Source of the DNA: the human T2T-CHM13v2.0 reference genome, Homo sapiens
Assembly: GCF_009914755.1 (NCBI RefSeq)
Contig: NC_060937.1
Reading direction: 5' to 3' (one strand)
Length of the DNA: 64,000 nt
Shown here one piece after another: positions 13,930 through 51,262 of this stretch. Position 1 is the stretch's first letter. Every line of letters starts with the position of its first letter. The notes below the pieces were generated by a model, which did not search any database, was not told where the DNA came from, and was given only the letters and a program-made list of their open reading frames with translations. Made by a program: the position numbers and the translations under genes.

Positions 13930-14528
13930 TAAAAGACCACAACGTTTTAGAGCTATCTTCTAGTGGTACATCTGCAGTTTTACCTTTAGTAACAGTGCCA
14001 CATTCTTCTTCATTCTAGACCACTGCATTCTGAGCCATCAGTATAAACATTTATTTCCCTGAATGAGATGAAGCCAAAGACCTACTGCCTTAATAATGGA
14101 CAGACAGTGGAACAGAGCATGAAATAGCTGTTTGTCCTGAAAAGGGTTTTTTTTTTTTTTTAGGAAACAGCAGAGACTGTAAAGATGCTGAAGCCTCTGT
14201 CCCTCTTCCCTGGAGACCAACAACCTTCATTTCCAGTCTCAGTTCCTGTGCTGTTCACACGGATGGTCCAGTGATGATCTGGTTCCCATCCATCCAGCCT
14301 ATGAATCAGGGAGGAAAATGAACAGTGGTACTGATTGAGGGAAGCTTTCTTGAGGTTTTCTGTTTCCTTATGAAGTATCTGGATGACAAGCTTCCCTTCA
14401 ATGCATTCTCAGGGGCTTGGTCTTTACCCAGAGCAGAGGCTGAGAAAATTATTAAGATTTCTGAAGCAGTCTGTCCCACCCTAACACATCACAAATGCGA
14501 GCATTTGAAGAACAAGAGCCACATGCAG

Positions 14529-14529
<1 letters not shown>

Positions 14530-14567
<38 letters not shown>

Positions 14568-14832
14568 CTTATGACAGAGCCTGGCTATGTTGCCCAGGCT
14601 AGAGTGCAGTGATGCAATCTTACCTCATCTCTGCCTCTGGGGCTCAAGTTATCCTCTCACTTCAGCCTCCGGAGTAGCTGGTACTACAGGTGCACACCAC
14701 AATGCTCGACTAATTTTTTGTAGAGACAAGGTTTTTCCCTGTTGCCCAGGCTGGACTCAAACCTCTGGGCTGAAGCAATCCTCCCGCCTTGGCCTCCCAG
14801 AGTCGGGGGATTACAGGCTTCTGCACCCAGCC
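14530..14832 (-). mobile_element. AluJ-like
   Basis: Diverged reverse-complement dimer with (TTTA)n tail. Confidence 0.85.
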
Positions 14833-15107
14833 GCCTTCTCTTTTTGTTAATAAACTCTTTGCTGTGCACAGCTGAGAGTGGGGACTCAATAAATGTCAAC
14901 AGAGGATTGTGTTTTTACAGACAGATGGACGTGGAAGAATCCAGAAACACTGGTGTTACTATGGTTTATTTAGTTTGCTGGATTTCAACACCAAATGAGA
15001 GAGGTATTCTATTGTAGAAAAACAGAAATCCTATTGGATATAAATTTAATGAAAATCTCGAGAACTATTCAGAAACAACGAAATAAAACCATACTTAAGA
15101 GTATGTG

Positions 15108-16180
<1,073 letters not shown>

Positions 16181-16244
16181 ACATGTACCAACTACAAAAT
16201 TGTTTTTTTTACTTGTTAGGTGTGGTGGTGAGCCCCTCCTGTGC

Positions 16245-17727
<1,483 letters not shown>

Positions 17728-18469
17728 TAAAAGCACTCCTTGTGGTTTGCGCATGTTGAGATGAAAATGAGATGGAGGTCATGATCTTTTTAAGGGTGGA
17801 AAAGCATGAACACAAAGTATCATTTCATAAAGCCAATTGCAGCATCTCTGTCCATGGGGCTTCAGGGGAAGAGATGAAACCTTTGTTGAGATTCTACCAT
17901 GTGGGTCAGGCAGGGACACAGAGTTATTTATGGGACAGCCCTTGTCTTAGTTGGTGAGAGGAGGAAAAAGGAGCAAAAACCTGAAAGGGGATGTGCAGGG
18001 CCAGGATGCGAGTGGGGGTCGCATTCCAGTAATAGCTAAGTCTGGGCAAGGGGGAGGACCAGGCTGTGAGATGGTGGTGGATGGAGGGGTACAAGGGGAA
18101 TGGCTCTGAAGGATGTATTGGTAGATGTAAAAGAAGGTGTCCAGGGGTCTGGCCTTGCTGGAGGACTTCGGGGGATGGTAGCAGCAGCATAAATAACATA
18201 GAAGCATCAAATAGGAGACTAAGACTTCAAAAGTCAATCAAGAAGTACAGAGGGGAAAGTGCAATTTAGGGCTAGATCATGGAATGAGGAGATGGGCCAA
18301 ATGCTGGGGATGGGGGGATATCATTGTAGAAAGGGCTGAGATGGCTTTGGAGGGAGTTCCCCTAACCCAAAGGTTCTCTAAAGAAAGTGGGAGTGATTTA
18401 AAATACACTTGAAGGAAACTATAAAACTGCCTGAGAAATAAAAGAAGACCCAAGATTTCAAAAAATCCT

Positions 18470-18935
<466 letters not shown>

Positions 18936-19541
18936 TACAGAATAAAAGATAGGAGAAGGGTAGGCCTAGAAATGCCGCATAGTGGAACAGTTAATAAGAG
19001 TCTCTGTTGGAGGCCACCTGGGTTTGAATTTTTATTCTGCCACTTCTGCCATCTGAACTGGGACAGTTTCTCCATCTATAAAATGGGGGTGATTGTTCCC
19101 ATCTTATAAAGTCATTTGAATATTAAATGAGCCAATGTGTGTGAGGTTCTTAAAACAACGTCTGGCATGTAGTTAATGCTCAATTTTATTTTCTTTTGTG
19201 GTCTCTTTGAAATGCAGAAGCAAGTTACAGTATTATGCCTATAACTAACATTCAGTTATTTTCCTTCCTACATTCATTAGATAAGTATTTGACAAAGTGT
19301 TGCACAGCCCCTTGTTCTAAGAAAAAGAGTTCTTGGATTATGTGTTGTGGTGATGTTGCACGTATACACTCTCTCTTGGTTAGCAGACTGGCTTTTGGAA
19401 GTCCCACAGTAAATACAGGTAACTGTTGACCTCCTGAGCTAGTGTTCTATAAAACACACTTTGAGGAAACACTGTGTTGTATAAATCTAGATCAGAGAAA
19501 AGGTTAAACGACAGATCATCTCAAAATCTCAAATAGGTCTC

Positions 19542-20157
<616 letters not shown>

Positions 20158-20415
20158 CTATTCAAATGGGCCATATTTTTATAGCCATTAAAATAGATTC
20201 AAGTAAAACATTAGTATTTGGAGATTAGATGTATTGTTTATTTCAAGACACATCTATCAACTGAATTAGTAGTTATTTTGAACAATCAACATTTAATGAT
20301 GATTGCAGCAATTACTCAAATAATTAAAGCAAAAGTAGAATTTTCGCAATAATTACTGAAGCAACTGTGCTTGACTAGAGCTGCCTTTTGTGGGCTTTAA
20401 GTCTTTATGGTTCCC

Positions 20416-21249
<834 letters not shown>

Positions 21250-21672
21250 TTAGGGCCACACCTCCTTGTCTCCATGTAACCAGGGATGATGGTGGGTGAA
21301 TAATTAACTGCTGTTTATTGGTGCTAATGAAGAACAGTCACATAAATAATACAGGCTCTTAGACTCCAGGTCAGTATTCCCATCCTGGTCACCCCAGTGC
21401 CAGGTACCAGACAAATAGGGACACAACCACTATGTCCCAGAGCCTGAGAAATTATTTAAGCAAGTGAATCCTAAATTGGCTTACCTTGTCTTGCCTGTGG
21501 AAACCACAACAAAGACTCGTGGCCATGCTTTCTCCTCGCCTCTCTGCCTCTTGATGGATCCCAGCGCTTGCTCGTGGCATTGCATGGTGTGGCATGCCCC
21601 AGCTCTTGGAAACTGTGAGTTACAAACTACTTTTTCAAGGGCAGTCATCTCCTGATCTGTTAGCTTCACCAT

Positions 21673-22030
21673 ATGCTATAGCTTGAATGTGATCCCCACA
21701 GTTCATGTGCTGGAAACTTGATCCTTTGTGGTAGTGTTGGGAGTTGGAGCCTAATGGGAGGTGTTTGGGTCATGCGGGCATGGCCCTCATAAACAGATTA
21801 ATGCTGTTACCTTGGGAGTGGATTTGCCCCATCTTGCTTTCTCTTTTCCCTTTCACCATGTGATGATGCTTTCCACCATGGGATGACACAGCAAGAAGGC
21901 CCTCAGCAAATGCTGGCATCTTTATCTTGGACTTCCCAGCCTCCAGACATGTGAGATACAAACTTCCATATATTATATATTACCTCATCTGTGGTATTGT
22001 GTTCTAGCAGCCCAAAATGGACTAAGACAT
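21673..22030. mobile_element. MaLR LTR (MST-like) inserted into an older LTR fragment starting near 21275
   Basis: TGCTATAGCTTGAATGT...GGACTTCCCAGCCTCCAGA...AATGGACTAAGACA. Confidence 0.8.
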
Positions 22031-22523
22031 GATACCTGAATAAGAATAAACCCTACATTTTTAAAAACAGCCTGTTAGAACAATTCAAGGGACCGGAAGT
22101 TTGCATTATGTTGCAAGGCAACAGTTTCAGCAGTGAACTGATGGCAAAGTTCTTTACCATCTTAAGCTGAAAATGGCTTCCCGGTACATTTCAATAATTC
22201 TCAGCCTCCAGGGCAATAGAGAATGAATCTATTCATGTTTTTCAAGCAATGAACTATCAGATATCTGAATACATAACGGTCTTTCCTCAGATACCTTTAC
22301 AAGAAGCACACACATCAATCTATGGATTTCTTTGAACATTTTTTCCACTCTTATTCCTATAATAATTAGCATTTTGCAAGTCATTTTGACTTCAGTTACC
22401 CAGTGAATTGAGTGTTTTCTTCCAACATTCTCAGGTTTTTCAAAGATTATTTATTCATTCATTCATAGATCAATTAAGCAGACCCTCAGCAGTCACATAG
22501 CCTTCACTGGTTTATCAGTGTCT

Positions 22524-24643
<2,120 letters not shown>

Positions 24644-25261
24644 TAGGGCAGGGACTATCTTAAGTACAGTCATGTACCACTTGGTGTTTCAGTCAACAAT
24701 GGACTGCATATATGACAAATATCCCATAAGATTATAGTGGAGCTGAAAAATTCCTGTTGCCTAGTGATATCAGAGTCATCATGACATCTTAGTGTAACAT
24801 GTTACTCATGTTTGTGGCGATGCTGGTATAAACAAACCTACTGCACTGCCAGTCATATAAAAGTATAAACACACAGTTATGTATAGTACATAATACTTGA
24901 TAATGATAGTACATAATTATGTTACTGATTTATGTATATACTCTATTATTCTTTTTTTAAGACGGGGTCTTGCTTTATCGCCCAGGCTGGAATCAAGTGG
25001 CGCTATCTCGGCTCACTGCAACCCCTGCCTCCCGGTTCAAGTGATTCTTCTGCATCAGTCTCCTGAGTAGCTGGGATTATAGGTGCGTGCCACCAGGCCC
25101 GACTAATTTTTGTATTTTTAGTAGAGATGTGGTTTCAGCATATTGGCCAGACTGGTCTTGAAATCCTGACCTCAAGTGATGTGCCTGCCTCGGCCTCCCA
25201 AAGTGCTGGGATGACAGGCGTGAGCCACTGCACCCAGCCTGTTTTATTCCAAAAAAAATTT

Positions 25262-25355
25262 AAGCCATTCAAATTTAGCAGTGGGGGGTTGTATACGAAC
25301 TTTAGTGACACTAAATGTTAATAAGTTCTGATAACCCACTACCATTGGACCAACC
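25262..25355 (-). ncRNA. Y4 RNA (RNY4) pseudogene, copy B
   Basis: Reverse complement reads GGTTGGTCCAATGGTAGTGGGTTATCAGAACTTATTAACATTTAGTGTCACTAAAGTTCGTATACAACCCCCCACTGCTAAATTTGAATGGCT, near full-length hY4. Confidence 0.92.
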
Positions 25356-25733
25356 TGTACTATAATTTTTTGTCATTAGAGTGTACTCCTACTTACATAT
25401 ATATAAAAAGTTAATTGTAAAACAGCATCAGGCAGGTCCTTCAGGAGGTGTCCAAAAGAGGGCGTTGTTACTATAGGCGGCGACAGCTCCATGCCTGTTA
25501 TCGCCCCTGAAGACCTTCCAGTGGGACAAGATGTGGAGGTGGAAGGCAGTGATATTGATGATCCTGACCCTTTGTAGGCCTAGGCTAATGTGTGTGTTTA
25601 TGTCTTGGTTTTTAATAAAAAAGTATTAAAGAGTAAAAAATAAAAAAATTAAAAGAAGCTTATAAAATAAGGATATAAAGAAAATATTTTTGTACAGCTA
25701 TACAATGTGTTTGTGTTGTAAATGAAGCGTTAA

Positions 25734-26073
<340 letters not shown>

Positions 26074-27603
26074 CCAGTTTAAATGTTTATAAAGTAAAAA
26101 AGTTAGAGTAAGCTAAGGTTAATTTATTATTGAAGAAAAAATTTTAATTAATTAGTCCAGCTTAAGTGTGCAGTGCTTATAAAGACTGTAGTAGTGTACA
26201 GCAATGTCCTAGATCTTCACATTCACTCCCCACTTACTCACTGACTCACCCAGAGCAATTTCCAGTCTTGCAAGCTCCATTTATTTATGGTAAGTACTCT
26301 ATACAAGCATATATTTTAAAAAATCTTTTATACTATATTTTTACTGTATCTTTTCTATGTTTGGATACACAAATACTTGTGGTTGTGTTTCAGTTGTGCA
26401 CAGCAGGCCATACAGTGACATGCTGCACAGGTTTGTAGACCAGGAGCAATGGGTTATGCCACATAGCTTAGGTGTGTAGGAGGCTGTAGGTGTGTAGGTG
26501 TGTACCATCTAGGTTTGTGTAAGTTCACTCTATGATGTTCCTACAATGAAGAAATTGCCTAACGTGCATTTCTCGGAAACTATCCTCATCATTAAGCAAC
26601 ATAACTGTATTTATGAAACACAACACATAGGTGATTCAATTGTTAAATGACTGTATTATAATGATTCCTCCGAGACTACAGGTCACACATTTCAACCAAT
26701 AATGGGACAACTTTTCCTTTAAATTTCTGTAGAACTCTTAAGATGGATGGTGTGATTCATTTAAATCACTGATTACATCTAACATTATTCTGTGTTCATA
26801 TTCACTATTTACTTTAATAATTTGGTCCCAAATATTTTAAAAGAGCAAGTTAGAAGACAGTCTCATATCTGACACAGTAAATGGAAGAATACTAGTTAAT
26901 TGATTCTACTATTGTTTCCACTCATCCATATGAACAGCCCAGTCCGCTCCCAACAGTGTCTCCCTGCCAGGTTGCATTAATAATGCAAATTAATATAAGT
27001 AGTAGTTGATTATATTCCATTTACGAGTACTATGCTTGGTTATGCCTGCATATAGAAAAATTCCAGTTTGGATTACAGATTCTTTTCTCACAACTCTTTC
27101 AGTGTTATTGTATTATCTAAAATAAATTATTGATTTAATGTCTCTTACCACGTTCAAGATTTCACTTACATCTCCAGCTATGCTTTTGGTCACTATCTAG
27201 ACTTACATTAAGTAAACATAAAGTAAAAAGATGTGAGCAAAACACCATGCATTTGTCTTTGTTAATGATTTAGAAAAGCCTTAATTCAAATTATAATTTT
27301 ATACCATTTTTAACCCATAATAGTTTGTAATCCAAGTTACAACATAGCCCAGTAATTTTGCCTGATGAGCCAAAGGCAGTTAAAAACCAAATTCTTTTTC
27401 TGGTTTTTAATATGTAAACTGATTGTTCATAAAATTTTCATCGTTTCACATATTTAACCTATCTCCCAAAGTTTAAATCACTAAAATAACATGGAAAATA
27501 TATCATTGATTAATTTTCAGTCTGAGTATGAAAAACTACCCTAGTATGGACAAATGGACTTTTGCAATAAGCAGAATCAAGACAGTGAACAATGCCTCGT
27601 TGA

Positions 27604-29300
<1,697 letters not shown>

Positions 29301-29767
29301 AGAATTTTAAAAAGAGGTAGATAACATCATAACGATAGCAAACAGTAGTCACTTTAATTTGCTTTCCCAAGTAAGCACATTCTTTACAAATTAAAATTAT
29401 GATAGAAAGCCAGACAAAATGCATAATACATACATAGTTAAATTTCATATACCTTCAGAGGTAGAATTTGGGATTTATGTAAATAAATGTTACTCAAGTA
29501 TATCTATGTTTTCAAAGCATATTGTCACATTTTTGTCTGCAGAATAAACAATAAAAAAGGATTTTGCAGGATTCTCTGAGCCTATGGGTCAAAAATAGCC
29601 CATCATAAATCCTTAGAAAATTTACAGTAGGCAAATAATTCTCTACTGAATGGCAGTTCTCAAACTGATTTGGTGGGTCTGGTGTGGGTTCTGAGAGTGT
29701 CCATTTTTAACAAGTTCCAGTGATGCTGATGTTGCCGGTCTGAGAAGCATCATGAGAACCACTTTCT

Positions 29768-30453
<686 letters not shown>

Positions 30454-31690
30454 CAAGTGCCTATGATTATTAAGGTGTTATATACGTATTACCTTATTTA
30501 ATCATAGAATCTTATGTCAGTATGATTGCTCCTTTTATAAATGGGAATCTGAGACTTGGAGAGGAGAAAATAGGATGAGCAGCAAAACTACAATTTGGAT
30601 CTGTTTCTAATTCTAACACTCATGTTTTCCTGAACAATGTACTGTTTCTAGTTGATAAAGGAGGGAAATGTATGCATCCTTGCCATGCTCATTTGAAAAC
30701 AGACAACGTATCTAAAGATGTATAGAGTGATTGGTTCAGGTCACAGGGCGTTAACTAAAGGACAGTGATTCTTAAGAACCAGGCAAAGACTCAGGGTCAT
30801 GAAGAGGATTCACTTATCTCTGAACTGAAATAATCACGGGTGATGTGAATTTAGTGTATAACTAACAAAATAGGAAGAATGTGTTTAATATAGTATGGTA
30901 TATTCCTTAATTACAATTATTTTATTATTCCTTACAGAAAACATACAAATAAAAGTCCTTAAAAGAATAACCTCATTTAAATGTAAAGCATCATACTATT
31001 CTAGATGTCTGCCAGTGTATACTACATTACTAATCAACCACTACTTACTCTGAAATTGAGGTAACACAGCCTGAGGCAACAAAATGCTCTGACAATTACT
31101 GAAACGTTTATCTCCTTTCACAAAGCAAATCAAAAGCAATGACATTACACAACAAAATAAGCAATTTAAGTTTTAAGAAAAGCGGTACATGATACAGAAA
31201 TAGACTGCCAAAAATGAAATTGCCAGTAATATAAATTTCTCTCACTTTGTTATATTGTATATAAAAAAGGACACTAAGCGGCAAAATTATCCAACTGTAG
31301 ATGTCAAATATTTAATGAGGTCTAAACTTCAGAGTGACAAAAACACCCACCCAACTCTACATCTCTATCAAAACAAATATATTATGTAAGAAAGAATTCC
31401 CTTTAAATATATATGTATATATAGTCATGTTATACTGTTAATTAAACCCATAATTCTATTTATTTAAATAAGAATTAAATAAACTGCCCAAATGCTTATT
31501 TTCATTTCACAAAACATAAAGTATTTTAAATCACAACTTCAGGGTGGTATACTGAATACATTGGTTCCTTAGACAGCATCAACAAGCATATTTTTAAGAA
31601 TATATTTTCATCTATAGGCCAGGTAAAGTTTTATTAAATGATGAACATTTTTTAACAGTGCAGAAATACAAGTTTTAAAAACAAATACAT

Positions 31691-31788
31691 TCAGAAGATT
31701 TGCTGTTCAAATAATATTTTTTCAAAACCAGGTGGAGGCGTATGATAAAACTCACTGAACTGGCAATCCAAAATTGCACTGTCATCAA
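31691..31788 (-). CDS. SPRYD7: SPRYD7 exon 5, coding part ((V)DDSAILDCQFSEFYHTPPPGFEKILFEQQIF*)
   Basis: Acceptor TCCTTTAG at 31789; 98 nt; TGA at 31693-31691. Exon sum 106+117+167+103+98 = 591 nt = 196 aa plus stop. Confidence 0.96.
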
Positions 31789-32119
31789 CTAAAGGATACA
31801 AAAAGAAAGAAAATAAATTAGAAGCAAATACTTTAATTTCAATGAATACATAATTATAAAATAAAATAAACTGTCTCCATAATACTACAATATTAATAGG
31901 TAAGAAGAATAAATATATCTGCTGTCCCTGTTACAAAACATAATCCTATGGGTAAAAACAGCCACAACAAAAATCAAAATCTATCTGTCAAAAACATTGG
32001 AAGGATATATATAAAAATATTATTAGTAATTCTCTCAAGAGGATGTGAATATGGGTAATTTTTTTCTTATTTGCTTATCTGCATTTTCTCAATTTTATAT
32101 AATTAAGACATATTACTTT

Positions 32120-32990
32120 TTAAAAAAATGTTTAACTTTGAAAAAGTATAGATTCACAGGAAGTTGCAAAAATGTTAAGAGTCCAGTGCACCCTTTGTAC
32201 ACTTTGCCCCAGTGGTAACATCTTACATGACTACAGCTCAACATCCAAACCAGGAAACTGACATTGGTACACTACTGTGAACTAGACTGCAGGCCTTACT
32301 CAGCTTCTAAATGTTTTTACCGGTATTTACTCAAGAGAAATGAATGTGTATATCCAAAGACATATTTTCAAACGTTCACAATAGCTTTATTTGTAATAGT
32401 CCCACACTGGAAACAACCCTAATGTCCATCAACTGGTGAAGGATAAAGAAATTGTGATATATCCACACAATGCTACACTTCTCAGCAATAAAAACTGATG
32501 AATTATTGATATATGCTACAGCATAAATGAATCTTCAAATAATTGTGCTGAGTGAAAGAAGCCAGACCAAAAGAAAAGACCATATGATTTTGTTAATATA
32601 ATACTCTAGAAAATATGGGCTAATCTGTAGTGACAGAAAGCAGATCAGTGGTTGTTTGGTTGGGGCTGGGGTAGGGAGTGGTGAGTAGGATATAAGAGGC
32701 AGAAGGAAACCTTTGGGGTGGTGAATATGTTCATTACCTTGACCCTGGTGATGACAAAACAAAACATGACCGTAAAGCAAAGCAAGTAAATAATCAGCAC
32801 TGCCACCCAATAGTGATTACTCCCCCTGGGTGAGGAATGCAGCTGTGGTGCGGGCTGCATCTGGGCCAAGAAAATGTTCTATTTCTTGATCTAAGTGGTA
32901 ATAATGTGAGTGTTCACTTGATAGCTATTTGTTAAATTGCACATATAAGTTTAATGCACATTACTATATACTTTATATTTCAGCATAAAT
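32120..32990. mobile_element. Old L1M fragments in SPRYD7 intron 4
   Basis: CTGGAAACAACCCTAATGTCCATCAACTGGTGAAGGATAAAGAAATTGTG and similar L1 3' motifs. Confidence 0.7.
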
Positions 32991-33696
32991 GCAGAAAAAA
33001 ATGTAAATACTGGATTTGACATTCATGAAGTCACCAGTGATTTTAACAAGGGTGGTTTCAATTAGTGGTGTAATGGCAGCTGAATTGGGTTGCAGAACAA
33101 ACGAACAATAACAATAAAGGTGTCAAATGCTCTACCCTTGAGCTAGTCAAGTAATCTATACAACAAACCCCCCACCGTGACACCAGTTTACCTGTGTAAC
33201 AAACCTTCACATGTACCCCCGAACCTAAATGTTAAAAAAAAAAAAGAAAGAAAAACAATAAAGATGGCAGATATAGGTTATTCTAGAAGAAATGTGGCCA
33301 TCCAGGGAAGGGGAAACACAGGACTAGTGAGGGATGCATGCCCAAAGAAGGGCGTTTGGGATGGGGCTTAGAATGTTTATAAGCACTGAAGAGGGAGGCC
33401 CATGACATGAGATATCGATGAAATAACTGACAAAGTGACGTTCCAGATTTGGGGAGTTTGGAATCCAGACTACAGATAGAGTGTTTGCAACATGCAGAGT
33501 ACCACTTCTGGGATGAGATGGAAAGAAGGCAGGATTGGACCTGAAGAGAGGGAAGCTGGAGTTCACTTGTGATTGCCTGTTTTTTTTGTAAGGTAGAAGG
33601 CAAGGCATTTTCAGAGGATGAATAGAGAATGCAAGAAGCACAGAATGCATAGACATGCACAAAGAATTGCTGAAAATTATTGAGAGCTCAGATTAG

Positions 33697-37657
<3,961 letters not shown>

Positions 37658-37678
37658 CTATAAAAGTAACATACACGC

Positions 37679-38051
37679 TGATATGGTTTGGCTGTGTCCC
37701 CACCCAAATCTCGTCTTGAATTATAGTTCCCATTATCCCCATGTGTTGTGGAGGGACCCAGTGGGAGGTAATTGAATCATGGGGGTGGTTACACTCATGC
37801 TGTTCTTGTAAAAGTGAGTGAGTTTTCACAAGATCTGATGGTTTCATAAGGGGCTTTCCCCAACTTCGCTCAATCTTCTCCTTCCTATTGCCATGTGAAG
37901 AAGGATGTGTTTGCTTCCCCTTCCGCCATGATTGTAAGTTTCCTGAGGCCTCCCCAGCTCTGTGGAACTGTGAGTCAATTAAACCTCTTTCCTTTATAAA
38001 TTACCAAGTCTTGGGTATGTCTTTATAGCAGCATGAAAACAGACTGATACA
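37679..38051. mobile_element. THE1 (MaLR) solo LTR
   Basis: TGATATGGTTTGGCTGTGTCCCCACCCAAATCTC...GAAAACAGACTGATACA; 5-bp TSD CACGC/CACAC. Confidence 0.92.
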
Positions 38052-38106
38052 CACACCAAACAAGTTAATATGTATGTAATAATACATTAGAAATATTTTT
38101 GCTTAC

Positions 38107-38209
38107 CATAAACAACTGGATACACTGTCCCTCGTATACCTGATGCTGGACAATGCATGTTTTTTCCATTCAAGTATACATTTAATTCGACATGGTCATA
38201 AGTAATACC
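38107..38209 (-). CDS. SPRYD7: SPRYD7 exon 4 (GITYDHVELNVYLNGKNMHCPASGIRGTVYPVVY)
   Basis: Acceptor TTCCTAG, donor G|GTAAGC, 103 nt, in frame. Confidence 0.96.
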
Positions 38210-39684
38210 CTAGGAAGGAAAAAACAGAAACGTTCCATAAAAGCTGAGCCGTCAGAAAGCATTGACTGGGAAGTATGGAAACACAAAAAGCTAAGCATAG
38301 GCTGACAACAATTTTCATTAAGGGTTGACAATTTGGTAGAATCCTACTTGAACTGAGCTAAAAAAATGAGTAGTGATTATGAGGGGGGATAAAGTCAGGT
38401 AACATCCCAAGAGTCCACATTAGAGGTAAAACAAAGCCAACAGTTTAAATCCTAGAATTATATTTGTATAATCTGGATTTTATATTTTGAATGCTAAGAT
38501 AATATAAGTACTACATACCATGAATAGAGAAACCTTTTACACTCATACAGAAAACGCTGCTCTTTCTCTACAGAATTTGATCTAAAGAAGGAAAAACAAT
38601 GAGGTTTTTTTCACTGTCAGGACTTACTACCTGTCACTGTTTTCAAATTATGAAGAAACGTCTCTATACATTTTATTTCCAGGAAGAAATAACACATTTC
38701 TACATCTCTTTACTCTGGTTTCAAATGTGTCAAGTGTATTATCAAGGAAAAGCTGGTGTTCACAACTGAATAAAATTGGTAATTAGTTTCAAGTTAAAAA
38801 ACAAAAATAGTAGCTCAAATGATTTAAAAAACAATGTAATAAAATTACTCGGTACACTATTGATGGAAAAAAATCACAATTAGTGATATTAATAATTATT
38901 GTTAAAATAATTATTTTATAATTATATAAATAAAATATTTATTTGTATAAATATAAATTATTTATATAAATAAATAAAAGGCTAGAAAAGACTTAGCCCA
39001 TGTTATAAACCAATAGTGCTACTATTCTAGGCAGTTCATATTTACTCATTTAATCCTCACAACAAGACAGTATTACTATCCCCATTTTACAGATGAAGCT
39101 AAAGCACAGAAAGATTAAGTAATTTACCTAAGGTTGCACAGCTAGGAAGTGGAAAAGCTGTGATTTAAATCCATGCAGTATGGTTTCAGAATCCTTGCTC
39201 TTAATCACAATACCTCTCTCTAAATCACCATGCCTCTCTTTAAACACTTGCTCTTAATCACCATATCTCTCTTTAAAACTTTATACAATAGCTACTAACT
39301 GATAACAAAAAGAGATCTTTCCCTTGAAAGACAGCAGAGATCTTTCAATAGAGAAGTCATCATAGACCAAGAAGCAAACCACTTCAAGGATTTCAGGATT
39401 TCTGACTGTGGATACATTCTATCAAGTTAAAAGCTTTTTAGAGGTAAAAAAAAAAACATTTTATAGATCATCTTAGTCTTAAATTCTCTCTCTTTACAAG
39501 CAAGACAGCAAAAGCCCAGAGAAGCTAATGTGGTAAGTGGTATGAAAGATTCTCAATTCTTAGCAAAGCCAGGGTTAACTTAAACAATTATTAATAATTA
39601 AGGAATACTGAGAAAGATAAATAGTACATAGATTGCCTTTGCTTCGCTTTAGTTTATGTCTTTAGATAATAGTAATAAAGCTAG

Positions 39685-44150
<4,466 letters not shown>

Positions 44151-44548
44151 TAAATGTGAACATTTTCCCTAAGAGATATCCAGCCTTAAAAATAACTAGT
44201 ATTTTCTAATATAAGCTTCAGCAAACTTTTAGAATTGTGGGCCAAGTTTTCTCTAATGTGAGAGAAACAGGAATGTGTGATCAGCAGACAGCCTGTCATT
44301 AATTCTCCAGAGTAGAAATAAGGGTTCACACTGATTTTCCCAGCCAGTGGCAGCTCTAAAAAGGAGGGGGCAGTTGAGTAGGGTGCAACATCTACACCAA
44401 GTGCTCTCCTGGAAAATGCACCATCTCATTAGATCCAATCCCACTGCTTTGGAATTCAAACCACAAACTCCCAGACAAAGCTGTAGATACTAAAAGCAGT
44501 TCAAATTTAGTCATTTACAGTGGAAAGCAACTCCATGAGGGAACTCAC

Positions 44549-44715
44549 CACCACATCTCCTTCCTGCGGAAGACTGTTTGCTGGCAGCCTATTTTTCTCT
44601 TCATTGTTGTGGTAAAGGGCTCCATCATTTCTCATCACCAGACTGTGCATATCTCGGCCAAGAGGAATCTGATTCAAGTTAACCTTCTGAGTTGCAACAC
44701 CAATACCCCAGATTC
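44549..44715 (-). CDS. SPRYD7: SPRYD7 exon 3 ((G)IWGIGVATQKVNLNQIPLGRDMHSLVMRNDGALYHNNEEKNRLPANSLPQEGDVV)
   Basis: Acceptor TTTTTAG, donor GTG|GTGAGT, 167 nt; SPRY core WGIGVA motif. Confidence 0.96.
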
Positions 44716-44798
44716 CTAAAAATATAACAGTTTAAATGCCCTCAAAATCTGAAGACTACAACCATCGAGTTATTTTAAAAGGGAGTATAAACTTTTTA

Positions 44799-47255
<2,457 letters not shown>

Positions 47256-47647
47256 TTAATCCTAAAATAAATAGCAAGAGTATATGCTGCTTATATGTTT
47301 GACCTTATATGCTTGACCAAACAAGAGGGTTCATCCGGATCCCATTAAAAATACTAGTGCCTTATATTTATGCAGCATGTCTTGTCTTAAAACACTTTCA
47401 TACATAGAGTTCCTGTGAGGCAGAATGGGCAGCTCCTGTAATACCCATTTTATAGATGAGAAAACTGAACCTAATTTAACTAAATTAACTAATTTACCCA
47501 GGATCACACAACAAGAGGTGGAAGACCCAGATCTTCTAAGAGTTTGGTGCTTTTATATTACCTTCTGAATCTTTTTTATGTGTTACAAATTACTCTTAAT
47601 ATTTAGAACAATTAGGACTTTTAATAGTAAAGTACCATTATACCAAC

Positions 47648-47764
47648 CTGTGGACTGGATTTTGAATTCAAAATAGCTTTTGTTTTGATGTAAAGGTGCG
47701 CTGGCTAAACAACCTCCTGTTCCACATATTCTTCTTCCATTCTTTACAATAACAACATCTGTTC
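47648..47764 (-). CDS. SPRYD7: SPRYD7 exon 2 ((G)[38 protein letters not shown])
   Basis: Acceptor TTGTTTAG, donor CAG|GTTGGT, 117 nt, phase 1-1. Confidence 0.96.
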
Positions 47765-47792
47765 CTAAACAAAAAATGCAGACACTATGTAA

Positions 47793-51262
<3,470 letters not shown>

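Noticed and set aside
38880-38980. Almost pure AT, quasi-palindromic tract
   Set aside because: Low-complexity sequence; self-complementarity is expected from its composition.
39194-39280. Short local duplication (CTTGCTCTTAATCAC...CTCTCT), and a similar 33-bp duplication at about 49131-49186
   Set aside because: Ordinary slippage duplications in introns with no sign of function.
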